Assembly (NCBI GenBank): GCA_043813075.1
Contig: JBDRLL010000033.1
Coordinates: forward strand, 1-64,000
Reading direction: 5' to 3'
DNA from: Candidatus Altiarchaeota archaeon
GTDB taxonomy: Archaea; Altiarchaeota; Altiarchaeia; IMC4; SCGC-AAA252-I15
Length of the DNA stretch: 64,000 nt
Positions 26,770 to 36,825 of this stretch are shown here, piece after piece (within the stretch, counting starts at the first letter, position 1; every line of letters starts with the position of its first letter). Below the pieces are notes generated by a model. It worked only from the letters and a program-made list of their open reading frames with translations. It did not search any database and had not been told where the DNA came from. The translations under genes were made by a program, and so were the position numbers.

Positions 26770-27963
26770 TCACGTGAATTTCCCCAAACGGGTCTGAGCA
26801 TACTCTATGTAGTCTTCAGGCTTGAATCCAGATAGTTTGCCTAATTGCTCTGGCGCGGCGTATATGTTGAACAGAAGCTTTTCCTTTTCTGACTTCTCAA
26901 GGTCCCTGGCTAGCGTCGACACCTCGTCTATCCTCTTGTATTCCCCGTCAACCTCTATCTTGACCTTGAACTCGTTCAGGCGGATCTCGGGGAAATCAAG
27001 AAGGGCATAACCATCCTCCACCGAATAGTCGGAGGCTATCTTAGACTCTATGGCGCGTATGTTCTCCTCAAGCTCCTTTCTGAAGGTTTCAGTCATCATG
27101 TTAATGCGCTCGTGGAATATCTTTTTGAACAGCCTCCGCTCGTCTATCCTCGATGTTATGTCCTTGACGTAGCCCTCCTGCCGCCTCATGTGGGAGATAA
27201 GGCTGATGTCGTCCATCGAGGATAACTCATCCGGAGACATACCTTCCTCCAGCATGTTCTCAAGCGCGTGTGCGAACATTGACTCTGCAATCCTCTTGGT
27301 GTGATGCCGGTAGACTGTCTGATACATGAGGTTCCTGCTGACGAGAAGCAGTTCAACAGCCTCAAGACCCCTGTTGTTCACGTACAAGTCATCGTCCTCC
27401 AGGGTAAGGTTGTATAACACGCGTTCGACGTCTATAACACCGTACGCAACCCCCGCGTAATACGAGTCCCGTATCAGATAGTCCATCTTATCCAAGTCTA
27501 TTTCAGAGGAAACCAGCTTTCCGATGCTCCCGACACCCATCACCAGACCAGCGACATGCGTGGGCTCTATACCATGCCTGTCAAGAACGTCAGCGACCTC
27601 GGTCTTTGCTATTATCTCGCAGGACCTTGCTTCATGGGGGATCCCCCGCCTAGTCAGCACGTTGTCTGAGGTATGGGAGAATGGCCCGTGACCCACGTCG
27701 TGGAGAAGGCATGCGGCCTTGAGAGACTGCGTGTCAGCTTCATCTAGAGACAGATACTCGGAGACCAGTCCCGCCAGGTGCATGACTCCGATAGAGTGCT
27801 CAAAGCGTGTTGAATTCATTGCTGGATACACGAGGTAGCAGAATCCGTTTTGCTTCACGTTCCTCAATCGCTGCATGTGTGGTGTATCCAAAAGCTCTTT
27901 CTCCAACGCGTCCAGCCTGATGTTCCCGTGTATAGGGTCTCGCACATACTTTACAGGCTTCAT
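26770..27963 (-). CDS. HD-domain phosphohydrolase (SAMHD1/dGTPase-like)
   Basis: DPIHG, QRLR..KQ, TRFEHS.G, LLHDVGHGPFSH, D.DKMDYL.RD. Start moved to ATG at 27963. Confidence 0.92.
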   Translation of the reverse strand: MKPVKYVRDPIHGNIRLDALEKELLDTPHMQRLRNVKQNGFCYLVYPAMNSTRFEHSIGVMHLAGLVSEYLSLDEADTQSLKAACLLHDVGHGPFSHTSDNVLTRRGIPHEARSCEIIAKTEVADVLDRHGIEPTHVAGLVMGVGSIGKLVSSEIDLDKMDYLIRDSYYAGVAYGVIDVERVLYNLTLEDDDLYVNNRGLEAVELLLVSRNLMYQTVYRHHTKRIAESMFAHALENMLEEGMSPDELSSMDDISLISHMRRQEGYVKDITSRIDERRLFKKIFHERINMMTETFRKELEENIRAIESKIASDYSVEDGYALLDFPEIRLNEFKVKIEVDGEYKRIDEVSTLARDLEKSEKEKLLFNIYAAPEQLGKLSGFKPEDYIEYAQTRLGKFT

Positions 27964-28001
27964 CGGAGTAATTAATTTAATTGGATTATAAATAAGATAC
28001 C

Positions 28002-29138
28002 GTGTGGACAGAGGAGCATAAACCCGGGAATCTTGACGAATTCGTGGGAAAGACGGCCGTCGACTACGTGAGGAAGTGGGATGGCGAGCCACTTATAGTC
28101 TATGGCGGGTCTGGCAGTGGAAAGAGCCTGCTGGCCCAACTGACTGCCGTCGAAAAGGGCTGGGATATGATAGAGGTTGATGACAGCAACATCAATGAGG
28201 CTGAGAGCATAGCTTCGACCTCTAGCCTCTATGGGGGCAGGAGGCTTGTCATCATAGAGGACGTGGACTTGATTAGGGACATCAAGAAGATTTCAGAGTT
28301 TGTTGCATCCACAAAGAGTCCGGTGCTTATGACAACCCAGGACTACGGCTCTAAGAGGCTTTCAACACTTAAGAGGAAGTGCCTTGGACTCCAGTTGAGG
28401 AAGCCTATGGTCTCGTCGGTAGTCAAGCACCTGCAGGGGATATGCGCTGCCGAGGGATTGGATGTTGATAAGAGTGTTCTGGAAGCCATAGCGAAGAATG
28501 CGAAATGCGACCTACGAGCGTCAGTAAACGACCTTGAGACTCTCGGGAAAGGCAGGAAGGCCATACGCGAGGAGGACTTGGATGTGCTTGCCAAGAGGGA
28601 CATTGAGTCAGACATCTACAGGGCCTTGAGCGTCATCTTCGGGGGTAAAGACATCAGGGAGGTTGTAGAGTCCACATGGAACATACAGGAACAGCCAAGG
28701 GATGTGATATGGTGGGTTGACGAGAACGTCCCCTACATGTATGTGGACGGGAAGTCGGTCTCAGAGTCAATGGAGAAGCTGTCGAGGGCTGACGTCTTCC
28801 TGGGGAGGATAATGAACAGGCAGTACTGGGGTTTCCTGAGATACGCGAACGCCCTGATGACGGCTGGCGTGAACAACTCCCGTCCGGATAAGACCAACTA
28901 CTCCCAATACAGGTTCCCCAGCTATTTCGCCGCTTTGGGTAGGACCAAGGGCGTCAGGAACATTGAGAAGAGCATTTCAGAGAAGCTATCGCCAACACTT
29001 CACGCGTCAAGAAGAGTCATTTCGCAGGAGTATATACCCTTGTTAAAACTGTTGCTTAAGAAGCGTATTGTCGAGTCAGACGAGGTTAAGGAGTTCTTCA
29101 GACTTGAGGATGAGGAAGTGGAGCACCTAGTCTCCTGA
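28002..29138 (+). CDS. rfcL: Replication factor C large subunit
   Basis: WTE.HKP, GSGKS, IEDVD, DLRA.VNDL, WVDEN, LSRADVF.GRI..RQYW. Confidence 0.9.
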   Translation: MWTEEHKPGNLDEFVGKTAVDYVRKWDGEPLIVYGGSGSGKSLLAQLTAVEKGWDMIEVDDSNINEAESIASTSSLYGGRRLVIIEDVDLIRDIKKISEFVASTKSPVLMTTQDYGSKRLSTLKRKCLGLQLRKPMVSSVVKHLQGICAAEGLDVDKSVLEAIAKNAKCDLRASVNDLETLGKGRKAIREEDLDVLAKRDIESDIYRALSVIFGGKDIREVVESTWNIQEQPRDVIWWVDENVPYMYVDGKSVSESMEKLSRADVFLGRIMNRQYWGFLRYANALMTAGVNNSRPDKTNYSQYRFPSYFAALGRTKGVRNIEKSISEKLSPTLHASRRVISQEYIPLLKLLLKKRIVESDEVKEFFRLEDEEVEHLVS

Positions 29139-30044
29139 AGCATCACCGTCTTCGAGGCCATTGGTCTCCATCAGAGCCTTGAAGTCATCGAAGCTGATGC
29201 GTTTACTTGACTTGAGCTTCTCCTTGGCCTGTATGGCCTGCTTCTCCTTTTGCTCAGCCTCCTTACGAGCCTTGTAGACGTCCATTTGCTCGGAGTATGG
29301 GGCCATCTCATCCCCAACAGCCTTGATCTTCTCCCTGAAGTCGGTTATCTTGTCCCGCATGGGGTCTATGAGGGCGTATTTCTCCAGTATCTGCTTGTGT
29401 AGTTCATCGGCTTTCTTGCGCACTTCATCCAGTTGACCGTATATTTCTATAACGCTCTTATGGTATTTCTCAGACTCGTCGGCTAGGTTGCGTATCTCAT
29501 TGGATATCGCATCTATCTTATCGTCAGCCTCCTTGAGCCCGTCATACGTCGAGACCACCTTCTTATGCAGGTCGTCGGCTTTCTTGGCTGCCTCAAGCCG
29601 CTCGTTCATCTGGAATATCTCCTCGAAATACCGTGTCTCCTTGCTCAATGGTATGTCCTCGCTGGTGAGGGCATTTAGTATCTTATCGTATCTCTTTGAG
29701 AGGGACTTGTCCGTGCCCTGAGCCTTCCGGTTAAGCTTGTCTCTCAGGCTCTTGGACTCTTTTATGTTGTCGCTCAAGTGTTTTACGCTCTCTGTTATCT
29801 TTGCCCGCTCCTCCTTAAGGCCGGCTATCCTCTTGTTCAGTTCATCACGCTTGTCCCTGAGTTTTTTTGCTTCTTCAGAAAGCTGCTTGCACTTATTGTT
29901 GTGGTCGTCCCTCAATGTCCGTAGCTTAGAGGCCTCCTTCTGGTGGATGCGTATTTCACGCATTACGGATGCCATATCCTTGTTTATCCGTGATATCTCC
30001 TTCCGGTACTCATCCACCTTCTTCTTGACTTCCTTCTCGTTCAT
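29127..30044 (-). CDS. Archaeal long coiled-coil protein
   Basis: Heptad-rich with 'RD.LN' and 'AD.LH' repeats and a K..ISFDDF tail. Confidence 0.8.
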   Translation of the reverse strand: MNEKEVKKKVDEYRKEISRINKDMASVMREIRIHQKEASKLRTLRDDHNNKCKQLSEEAKKLRDKRDELNKRIAGLKEERAKITESVKHLSDNIKESKSLRDKLNRKAQGTDKSLSKRYDKILNALTSEDIPLSKETRYFEEIFQMNERLEAAKKADDLHKKVVSTYDGLKEADDKIDAISNEIRNLADESEKYHKSVIEIYGQLDEVRKKADELHKQILEKYALIDPMRDKITDFREKIKAVGDEMAPYSEQMDVYKARKEAEQKEKQAIQAKEKLKSSKRISFDDFKALMETNGLEDGDASGD

Positions 30045-30367
30045 TAGGACAACTCCTTTAGCTTATTGAACCAGTAGTTCCTAGCCTCAACGTGTTCGGT
30101 GACTGATTTCTTGATGCTAGCGTACTGTTGCCTTGAGGATATTGACAGCGCACCCTCAAGTTCAGACAATTCCTTCTCAGTATCCTCGAGTTCTTTGCTG
30201 AATTTCCCCTCCTTATCGTCTTCCACCCAGTGTTTGAGCTGGTCCCTCTTCTCGCGGAGGATGCTGATGTTCTCCCACCTCTCAACGTCCGCACTGTATT
30301 CTGTGATCATCCGGTCGTGCTTCTCGACCAGTATTCCAGCCAGTTTTTTTGGCGTGAGGTCATCCAT
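30044..30367 (-). CDS. Hypothetical helical protein coupled to the coiled-coil gene
   Basis: TAATG overlap with the downstream gene. KH, EKRDQL.HW and YW motifs. Confidence 0.7.
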   Translation of the reverse strand: MDDLTPKKLAGILVEKHDRMITEYSADVERWENISILREKRDQLKHWVEDDKEGKFSKELEDTEKELSELEGALSISSRQQYASIKKSVTEHVEARNYWFNKLKELS

Positions 30368-30410
30368 TTTGGAGTATAATACACGTATTAAAGGTAAATA
30401 AAAGTATGGA

Positions 30411-31028
30411 TTACTCCGACTTCTTCAAGACGTAGTTAATCCTCTGTATTATAGTGATATTACATAGCACTACAAGGAGTATAATAGCGTAAATCAGGTA
30501 TAAAACACTGTAATATCCGAGGAACATTCCGGCGTATATGATTACCAGACGCTCGAAACGCTCCACAATGCCCCCCATCTCCTTGTGTTGTTCTGGCTCT
30601 GTGACGACCTTCCTGTGGTCAGCATATGCTGTGACAAAGGATGGCATGAGTGCGCTGAATACTAGGAGTATTATCCAGAGACTGTTAGGTAGGAGCACTT
30701 CAGGGGCCCCCAGAAGGTAGAACCACAGGCCCACATAGAGTATTATCTCGACGTAACGGTCTATCAGACCGTCAAGGAATGCGCCGAGGCTTGAGACGCT
30801 CTTGGTTACTCTCGCCACATTACCGTCTATTATGTCTATGAACGCGGATATGATGAAGAATGCGACTGCGTGCAACAACATCTTGTAGTAGAGGAATGCG
30901 AATCCGGTCAGTGCTGGGATCAGTGATAGGAGGGTCCACATGTTGGGGGGTATGCCCAATCCTGCGAAGATCATTCCCACACGGACGTTCCATCCAGCAG
31001 CCTTCTCTGAAAAATGGGATCTGAGCAT
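30411..31028 (-). CDS. CDP-alcohol phosphatidyltransferase (probable archaetidylinositol phosphate synthase)
   Basis: D..DG.VAR.....S..GA.LD...DR signature, directly downstream of ino1. Confidence 0.9.
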   Translation of the reverse strand: MLRSHFSEKAAGWNVRVGMIFAGLGIPPNMWTLLSLIPALTGFAFLYYKMLLHAVAFFIISAFIDIIDGNVARVTKSVSSLGAFLDGLIDRYVEIILYVGLWFYLLGAPEVLLPNSLWIILLVFSALMPSFVTAYADHRKVVTEPEQHKEMGGIVERFERLVIIYAGMFLGYYSVLYLIYAIILLVVLCNITIIQRINYVLKKSE

Positions 31029-31032
31029 CTTA

Positions 31033-32118
31033 TTATCTTTCTCTCTTGCCAGATATAAATTCCTCAACCAGGTCCCGCGCGACAGTGTCAGTATACTGTA
31101 TGGGCGGGCTCTTCATGAAATAGCTGCTGGGACTGTATAACGGACCTCCTATACCGCGGTCCAACGCGATTTTAGCGCATCGAATAGCGTCGACAATCAC
31201 TCCAGCAGAGTTGGGGCTGTCTTCAACGTCGAGCCTGAGCTCTATGCTGATGGGTATGTCACCGAACTTCCGACCCTCCATCCGTATGAAGCATAGTTTC
31301 TTGTCCTTCAGCCATGGAACGTAGTCGCTAGGACCTATGTGTATGTCTTCGGGCGGCATCTGGGTCGGCAGCTGGGATTGGACGCTCTGCGTCTTGCTTA
31401 TCTTCTTGCTCTTCAGCCTAGTCCTCTCCAGCATGTTTAGGAAGTCCGTGTTCCCCCCCACGTTAAGCTGGTACGTGTGATCCAGCTTGACGCCGCGGTC
31501 TACGAACAAACGGGTTAAAGTCCTGTGCACTATCGTAGCCCCCACCTGGCTCTTGATGTCGTCGCCGATTATGGGGACCTTATCCTTCTGGAATTTCTCA
31601 GCCCACTCCTTGTTGGATGCTATGAAGACGGGCATCGCGTTTATGAAGCCGACGCCTGCCTTAAGACATTCGGTGGCGTAGAATCTCGCAGCCTGCTCGG
31701 AGCCGACCGGAAGGTAGCTTACAACCACTTCCGCGCCGCTGTCTTCCAGTTCTTTCGCCACGTCCACCGGCTTCTGCTTCGGGTCGACAGTGAACTTGTC
31801 TTTAGTCAGGTCTGTGACGCCGTCAAGGACCGGCCCTTTCTTCACTTCAACATTCCATTTGGGCACATCCGAGAAACGGGCGGTGCAGTTCGGCTCTGAG
31901 AATACGGCGGCACTAAGATCCTTACCCACCTTCTTCGAGTCGACGTCTATCGCAGCCACGAATTTTATGCTGCTAAGCTTGTATCCAGCCATCACGTTGT
32001 GCATTAGGCCGGGTATCTGTGGGTCGTTTGCGTCTATGTCCTTATAATATTCAACTCCCTGGACGAGTGATGACGCGCAATTGCCCACCCCTATTAAGGC
32101 CACCTTGATTTGCTTCAT
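31033..32118 (-). CDS. ino1: Inositol-3-phosphate synthase
   Basis: [47 protein letters not shown]. Start moved to ATG at 32118. Confidence 0.96.
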   Translation of the reverse strand: MKQIKVALIGVGNCASSLVQGVEYYKDIDANDPQIPGLMHNVMAGYKLSSIKFVAAIDVDSKKVGKDLSAAVFSEPNCTARFSDVPKWNVEVKKGPVLDGVTDLTKDKFTVDPKQKPVDVAKELEDSGAEVVVSYLPVGSEQAARFYATECLKAGVGFINAMPVFIASNKEWAEKFQKDKVPIIGDDIKSQVGATIVHRTLTRLFVDRGVKLDHTYQLNVGGNTDFLNMLERTRLKSKKISKTQSVQSQLPTQMPPEDIHIGPSDYVPWLKDKKLCFIRMEGRKFGDIPISIELRLDVEDSPNSAGVIVDAIRCAKIALDRGIGGPLYSPSSYFMKSPPIQYTDTVARDLVEEFISGKRER

Positions 32119-32179
32119 TTTCGTAATAATATAGATTATCCAGTATTTAAATATTTTACGGTCATAAAATATTATCGTT

Positions 32180-32503
32180 ATGGATAATCCTCCTCTCCGA
32201 AGGCTTAGGGATAAGACCACCATAGAGGTCTTGTGGATATACATACTGTCACTCATGAAGGATGAGCCCCTATACGCTTATGAGATAAAAGAGAGGATAG
32301 AGGACAAATACGGCTTTGAGATAGGCAAGGTGACCGCCTACATGGTCTTATACCGGCTGGAATACGAGGGATACGTCGAGACCGAATGGAGGGTCATAGA
32401 GAACAGGCAACGAAAGTACTATAGGATAACGGAATCCGGCCGTGAAACACTGGATGAGGGCGTTAAATACGTTAAAGGACTGGCTGAGGAGCTAGAGCAT
32501 TAA
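32180..32503 (+). CDS. PadR-family transcriptional regulator
   Basis: YAYEI, Y.VL.RLE..G.V, RKYY.IT..G. Confidence 0.9.
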   Translation: MDNPPLRRLRDKTTIEVLWIYILSLMKDEPLYAYEIKERIEDKYGFEIGKVTAYMVLYRLEYEGYVETEWRVIENRQRKYYRITESGRETLDEGVKYVKGLAEELEH

Positions 32504-32683
32504 GCCGATGAATGAGGAGGATAGCTTGTTCATGACCGCAGGCTCGTTGGGTACTACAACCAGGTTGTAGCCTAGGAAATACCATACTATGAACACCAGG
32601 AGCACTGCTACCGCGGCAACAGCTATTATGGTAAGCTCCCATAAGGGTATGTTCTCCGGTATAAGGAAGTCTAAATCGCTCAT
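32492..32683 (-). CDS. Small single-TM membrane protein (~63 aa)
   Basis: Fills the gap after pgk and has a strong hydrophobic helix (LTIIAVAAVAVLLVFIVWYFL). Confidence 0.5.
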   Translation of the reverse strand: MSDLDFLIPENIPLWELTIIAVAAVAVLLVFIVWYFLGYNLVVVPNEPAVMNKLSSSFIGLML

Positions 32684-32718
32684 TATCCATAGATACTGGG
32701 AGGCAGACAATAAAAAGA

Positions 32719-33942
32719 CTACCCACCGCTTGAAGACTCCTTCAAAGCCTCTATGGCAGCCAGCTTGACTCCAGCAAGGAAGTCCACTGAAGCCTTGCCG
32801 CCAGTACTGACGTGAGTCAAATCATCCTCCACATCCAAGTCCCTTGCGGCAGCCACAGTGTCGCCGCCGCCGATGACTGAAAAACAGTCTGCCGACGCGA
32901 TAGCCTTTATAACCTCCTCAGTCCCATATGCAAACGCCTTCGTCTCGTACACTCCCAAAGCCCCGTTCGAGAACACGGTTCCCGCACTGTTTATTATCTT
33001 CTTGTACTTCTCAACAGTCTTCTGTCCCACGTCAACGATACGATAGTCCTGGGGGAGGTCATACAAGGGTATCTCAATGCGTTCCCCGTTCTGGTCTATG
33101 GCAACATCCACAGGCAACACGATACGATCCTCATTATCCTCCAGTATGCGTTTGGCCTCGTTTATCTGGTCCACAAGCTTCTTACCCCTGATGAACTCTA
33201 TGGACGGCTCGCCGAGACGGTAATCCTTTGCCGCCAGGAACACGTTGGCTAGCACGCCACCCGTAAGTATCTTATCCACGTTACCCTTCAAAGCCTTGGA
33301 TATTATGCGCATGGAATCCTTTACCTTAGCGCCACCCAGCACGAAGATGAGTGGGTGCCTCGGGTTCTTGAGAACATCGCCGAGAGAACGGACTTCCTTC
33401 TCCATAAGCCTGCCTGCGACAGAAGGCAGACGCTTTGTGAAACCCACCGTCGAGGCCTGACTCCTGTGAGCAGTCCCGAACGCGTCATTAACGAAGACGT
33501 CAGCCAGAGGAGCGAGATTCCTGACCAAAAGCGTGGTAGCCTGCACGTCGGCGGGCCTCTCCAACGCCTCTTCAGAGTATATCCTAACGTTATCCAACAG
33601 GATTATCTCACCTTCCCGCATGTTCTTTATCTCAGTGCATGCTGTGGGCCCGAATATGTCTGCAACATATTTCACTTTCACACCAAGAAGTTCGCTCAAG
33701 TGTTTAGCATGCTTCTCGAGCGTCGTGAAGTCCGGCTCGCCAGCCCTACCCTGGTGGGCGAGGCATACTATCCGGGCCTTCTTGTCGATGAGCTCCTGGA
33801 GGGTTGGTACGTGAGACCGCATCCTACGGTCCTCTAGGAATTCCCCCGTCTTAGGGTCGAGGGGAGTGTTCAAGTCAAGCCTTACGATAACAGTCTTTCC
33901 TTTGAAGTTATAGTCGTCCATTGTTGAGATGCCGTCAATCAT
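32719..33942 (-). CDS. pgk: Phosphoglycerate kinase
   Basis: RLDLN.P, AHQGR, NDAFGTAHR, LGGAKV.D, GGGDT, HVSTGG.A. Confidence 0.97.
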   Translation of the reverse strand: MIDGISTMDDYNFKGKTVIVRLDLNTPLDPKTGEFLEDRRMRSHVPTLQELIDKKARIVCLAHQGRAGEPDFTTLEKHAKHLSELLGVKVKYVADIFGPTACTEIKNMREGEIILLDNVRIYSEEALERPADVQATTLLVRNLAPLADVFVNDAFGTAHRSQASTVGFTKRLPSVAGRLMEKEVRSLGDVLKNPRHPLIFVLGGAKVKDSMRIISKALKGNVDKILTGGVLANVFLAAKDYRLGEPSIEFIRGKKLVDQINEAKRILEDNEDRIVLPVDVAIDQNGERIEIPLYDLPQDYRIVDVGQKTVEKYKKIINSAGTVFSNGALGVYETKAFAYGTEEVIKAIASADCFSVIGGGDTVAAARDLDVEDDLTHVSTGGKASVDFLAGVKLAAIEALKESSSGG

Positions 33943-34016
33943 GTTTTCACGCCTCCATGTGGGTGTATATAAGACTTAGGTTGGGTAATTAAAAACAATA
34001 GTAAATAGTTTCCTTA

Positions 34017-34508
34017 ATGGACGTCCTAGAAGCCATCAGAAGCAGGAGGAGTGTCAGGGAGTTCTCAGAGAAACATGTTGACGATAAACTGGTGGGGGAT
34101 ATACTGACGGCGGGCGTGTGGGCTCCGTCCGGCCTGAACAACCAGCCATGGAAGTTCAAGGTGCTTAATGGTGTTTTGAAGGATAGTATTGCCGGGTGCA
34201 CCAGGTACGGGAGGATAATAAGAGATGCGCCCGTGTGCATTGCAGTATTCCTCGATGAGAATGAGGGATACGATAGGACCAAGGATGTTCAGGCTATTGG
34301 AGCGTGCATCCAGAACATGCTGCTTGCAGCGCACTCCATTGGACTCGGAGGAGTCTGGCTGGGCGAGATACTGAACCAGAGGGAGAAGGTGAGAGAACTG
34401 CTTGGAGTGCCTGAGTCATGCGAGCTCATGGCGGTCATAGCAATTGGGTGGCCCAACGGCAATGCAGGTTCAGGCAGCAGAGGGAGTGTTGGAGGATTCA
34501 TGCTGTAG
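34017..34508 (+). CDS. Nitroreductase family protein
   Basis: RRSVR.F, APSG.N.QPW.F, QNM.LAA..GLG. Confidence 0.93.
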   Translation: MDVLEAIRSRRSVREFSEKHVDDKLVGDILTAGVWAPSGLNNQPWKFKVLNGVLKDSIAGCTRYGRIIRDAPVCIAVFLDENEGYDRTKDVQAIGACIQNMLLAAHSIGLGGVWLGEILNQREKVRELLGVPESCELMAVIAIGWPNGNAGSGSRGSVGGFML

Positions 34509-34517
34509 GTGTGTGTG

Positions 34518-35678
34518 ATGAACGCAAAATTCCCAGGGATTATCGCCTTAATATTGTTTTTGGCCTTATTCCTCATCGCAGCATCCCACGCGCGCAACGG
34601 CAGGGGGAATGACCCGGCCAAAAACGTGGTTTCGGAACGATTGGAGTCGGTAGGATATCTGCCGTACGTTGAGGAGGAGGCTGCTCCCGGGAAGTTGGGG
34701 GTGACCGTGTACGACCAGGAGTACGCTTACACTGGAGTGAACCTCTACACACCCCAGAGGCTTGGCGTCGCATACCTTATAGGCATGGACGGGAGCGTCC
34801 TGCACGAATGGAAGGCTCCTGAAGGGGTTCCCGACGATTGGGTGTCCCTGAAGATAATCGACAGGGATAACGTCGTCGTGATGATGCAGGAACATCTCAT
34901 GGGGATGGGGTGGGACTCCAGCATCAAATGGGTTGACGACAACAGATACCACCACGACTTCACTGTCGCAGAGAACGGCGACATCTATGCCCTCGCGAAG
35001 AAGAGCAGGTACTACCGGAAACTCGGTGGCTGGATACTCGACGACTACATAATAGTATTGGACAGGGATGGGGAGGTCAAGAAGAGCATATCAGTCTACG
35101 AGCTTTTGGGGGGAGACTTCGTCAGTAAGAGAGCTAGGCTGAATGAGACCGCGGACGTGTTCCACACAAACACCATAGATATCATAGACCATGACATTGA
35201 AGTCGGCGAGAGGGGTGATTTCATACTATGCTTCAGGCACTTGGACATGATAGCCGTAGTCGACCTTGAGAAGGAAGAGATAGTCTGGAGCTGGGGGGAA
35301 GGCATACTAGACAGACCCCACCACCCCACAGTACTCGAGGACGGTAACATACTGGTATTCGACAACGGCAATAATAGAGGCTACTCAAGGGTCGTTGAAT
35401 ACGACCCCGGCGACGACAAGATAGTGTGGGAATATGTGGCAGACAAGAGGAAGTCTTTTTTCACTAGTGAGAGGGGTGGCAGCCAGAGGCTTCCTAACGG
35501 AAACACTCTCATAACCGAGTCGAATAAAGGCCACGTGTTTGAAGTCACTGAAAAGGGAGAAATCGTGTGGGAGTACTGGCTTCCAGAGAAGCACGAGAAC
35601 GGCAGGAGGGCTACATTATACCGGATGGCCAGGCTTGACGAGGAAACACTTACACCATTGAATGGGGTGGCTGCGTGA
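34518..35678 (+). CDS. Secreted/anchored arylsulfotransferase (ASST)-like beta-propeller, paralog 1
   Basis: N-terminal hydrophobic segment. YHHDF, FHTN, HHP, FDNG, GSQRLPNGNTLITE. Confidence 0.8.
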   Translation: MNAKFPGIIALILFLALFLIAASHARNGRGNDPAKNVVSERLESVGYLPYVEEEAAPGKLGVTVYDQEYAYTGVNLYTPQRLGVAYLIGMDGSVLHEWKAPEGVPDDWVSLKIIDRDNVVVMMQEHLMGMGWDSSIKWVDDNRYHHDFTVAENGDIYALAKKSRYYRKLGGWILDDYIIVLDRDGEVKKSISVYELLGGDFVSKRARLNETADVFHTNTIDIIDHDIEVGERGDFILCFRHLDMIAVVDLEKEEIVWSWGEGILDRPHHPTVLEDGNILVFDNGNNRGYSRVVEYDPGDDKIVWEYVADKRKSFFTSERGGSQRLPNGNTLITESNKGHVFEVTEKGEIVWEYWLPEKHENGRRATLYRMARLDEETLTPLNGVAA

Positions 35679-36808
35679 AGAGCATACTGCTGACTGTTCT
35701 GACTATGCTGGTGGCCATGGCTGCCGTGAGGACGATGACTGGCACTGTTAAAGAAGGCATTGGGGATTCTGTAGAATCCATTGGAGAGCGGCTGGAGTCC
35801 ATAGGCTATGTCCCCTACGTGGTTGATGACGAGAATCCTGACATGGAGGGGGTTACCGTATACGATAGAGGGCTTGCTTATCAGGGATTGAACCTGTATA
35901 CTCCGGCCAGGCTCGGCAGGTCATACCTGATGGACATGGAGGGGAATAAGATGCACGAATGGAAGGCGCCCAAGGGGTTCCCAGGAAAATGGGAGTTCGC
36001 GAACACGGTGGACAACAATTCGCTCATTATAGTGATACGCGACCACCTGTCAAAGATGTGGTGGAATTCGAGCGTAGAGTGGACTTCGAAGGGTAAGTAT
36101 CACCACGATTTTGACGTGTCAGAAGAGGGGGACATATACGCCCTAAGCAAGGGCATCAGGAGGTATGAAGGTGTCGGGAGGATACTAGACAACCATATTG
36201 TGGTACTAACGCCGGAGGGGAGAGTCAAAAAGAGGATATCAGTGTTCAAACTACTCGGAGAGGAATACGTTAAGAGGGTGATGAAGCTCAACGAGACCAG
36301 GGACGTGTTCCACGCGAACACCATAGATTTGATAGAGGATGACGTCGGCATCGGAGTGGAGGGTGACGTGCTACTATGCTTCAGGAACATAAACCTCGTT
36401 GCGATAGCTGACTTGGAGGATGAGAGGATAGTATGGAGTTGGGGTGAAGATGAGCTTAGATGGCCCCATCACCCCACGATACTCGAGAACGGGAACATAC
36501 AGGTCTTTGACAACCGAGCTGGCAGTGGAAGCTCGCGAGTTGTAGAATACGACCCGATTGGGGGGGAGATAGTCTGGGAGTATGAGGGAGACCCCCCGAA
36601 ATCGTTTTACACTTCCACTAGGGGCGGCAGCCAGAGGCTTCCTAACGGAAACATACTTATCACCGAGACCAACAGGGGGAGGGTATTCGAGGTCACTGGA
36701 GATGGCAGGATCGTGTGGGAGTATTGGATACCGGAAAGGTACGACGGCAAGAGGGCTGTCGTATACAGGATGATACGGTTGGGGTCAGGCTCCTTTAAAG
36801 AAATTTAA
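35675..36808 (+). CDS. Arylsulfotransferase-like beta-propeller, paralog 2
   Basis: Same motifs (YHHDF, FHAN, HHP, FDN, QRLPNGN). GTGA overlap with paralog 1. Confidence 0.8.
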   Translation: MKSILLTVLTMLVAMAAVRTMTGTVKEGIGDSVESIGERLESIGYVPYVVDDENPDMEGVTVYDRGLAYQGLNLYTPARLGRSYLMDMEGNKMHEWKAPKGFPGKWEFANTVDNNSLIIVIRDHLSKMWWNSSVEWTSKGKYHHDFDVSEEGDIYALSKGIRRYEGVGRILDNHIVVLTPEGRVKKRISVFKLLGEEYVKRVMKLNETRDVFHANTIDLIEDDVGIGVEGDVLLCFRNINLVAIADLEDERIVWSWGEDELRWPHHPTILENGNIQVFDNRAGSGSSRVVEYDPIGGEIVWEYEGDPPKSFYTSTRGGSQRLPNGNILITETNRGRVFEVTGDGRIVWEYWIPERYDGKRAVVYRMIRLGSGSFKEI

Positions 36809-36825
36809 GTGTTATATACGAATAA

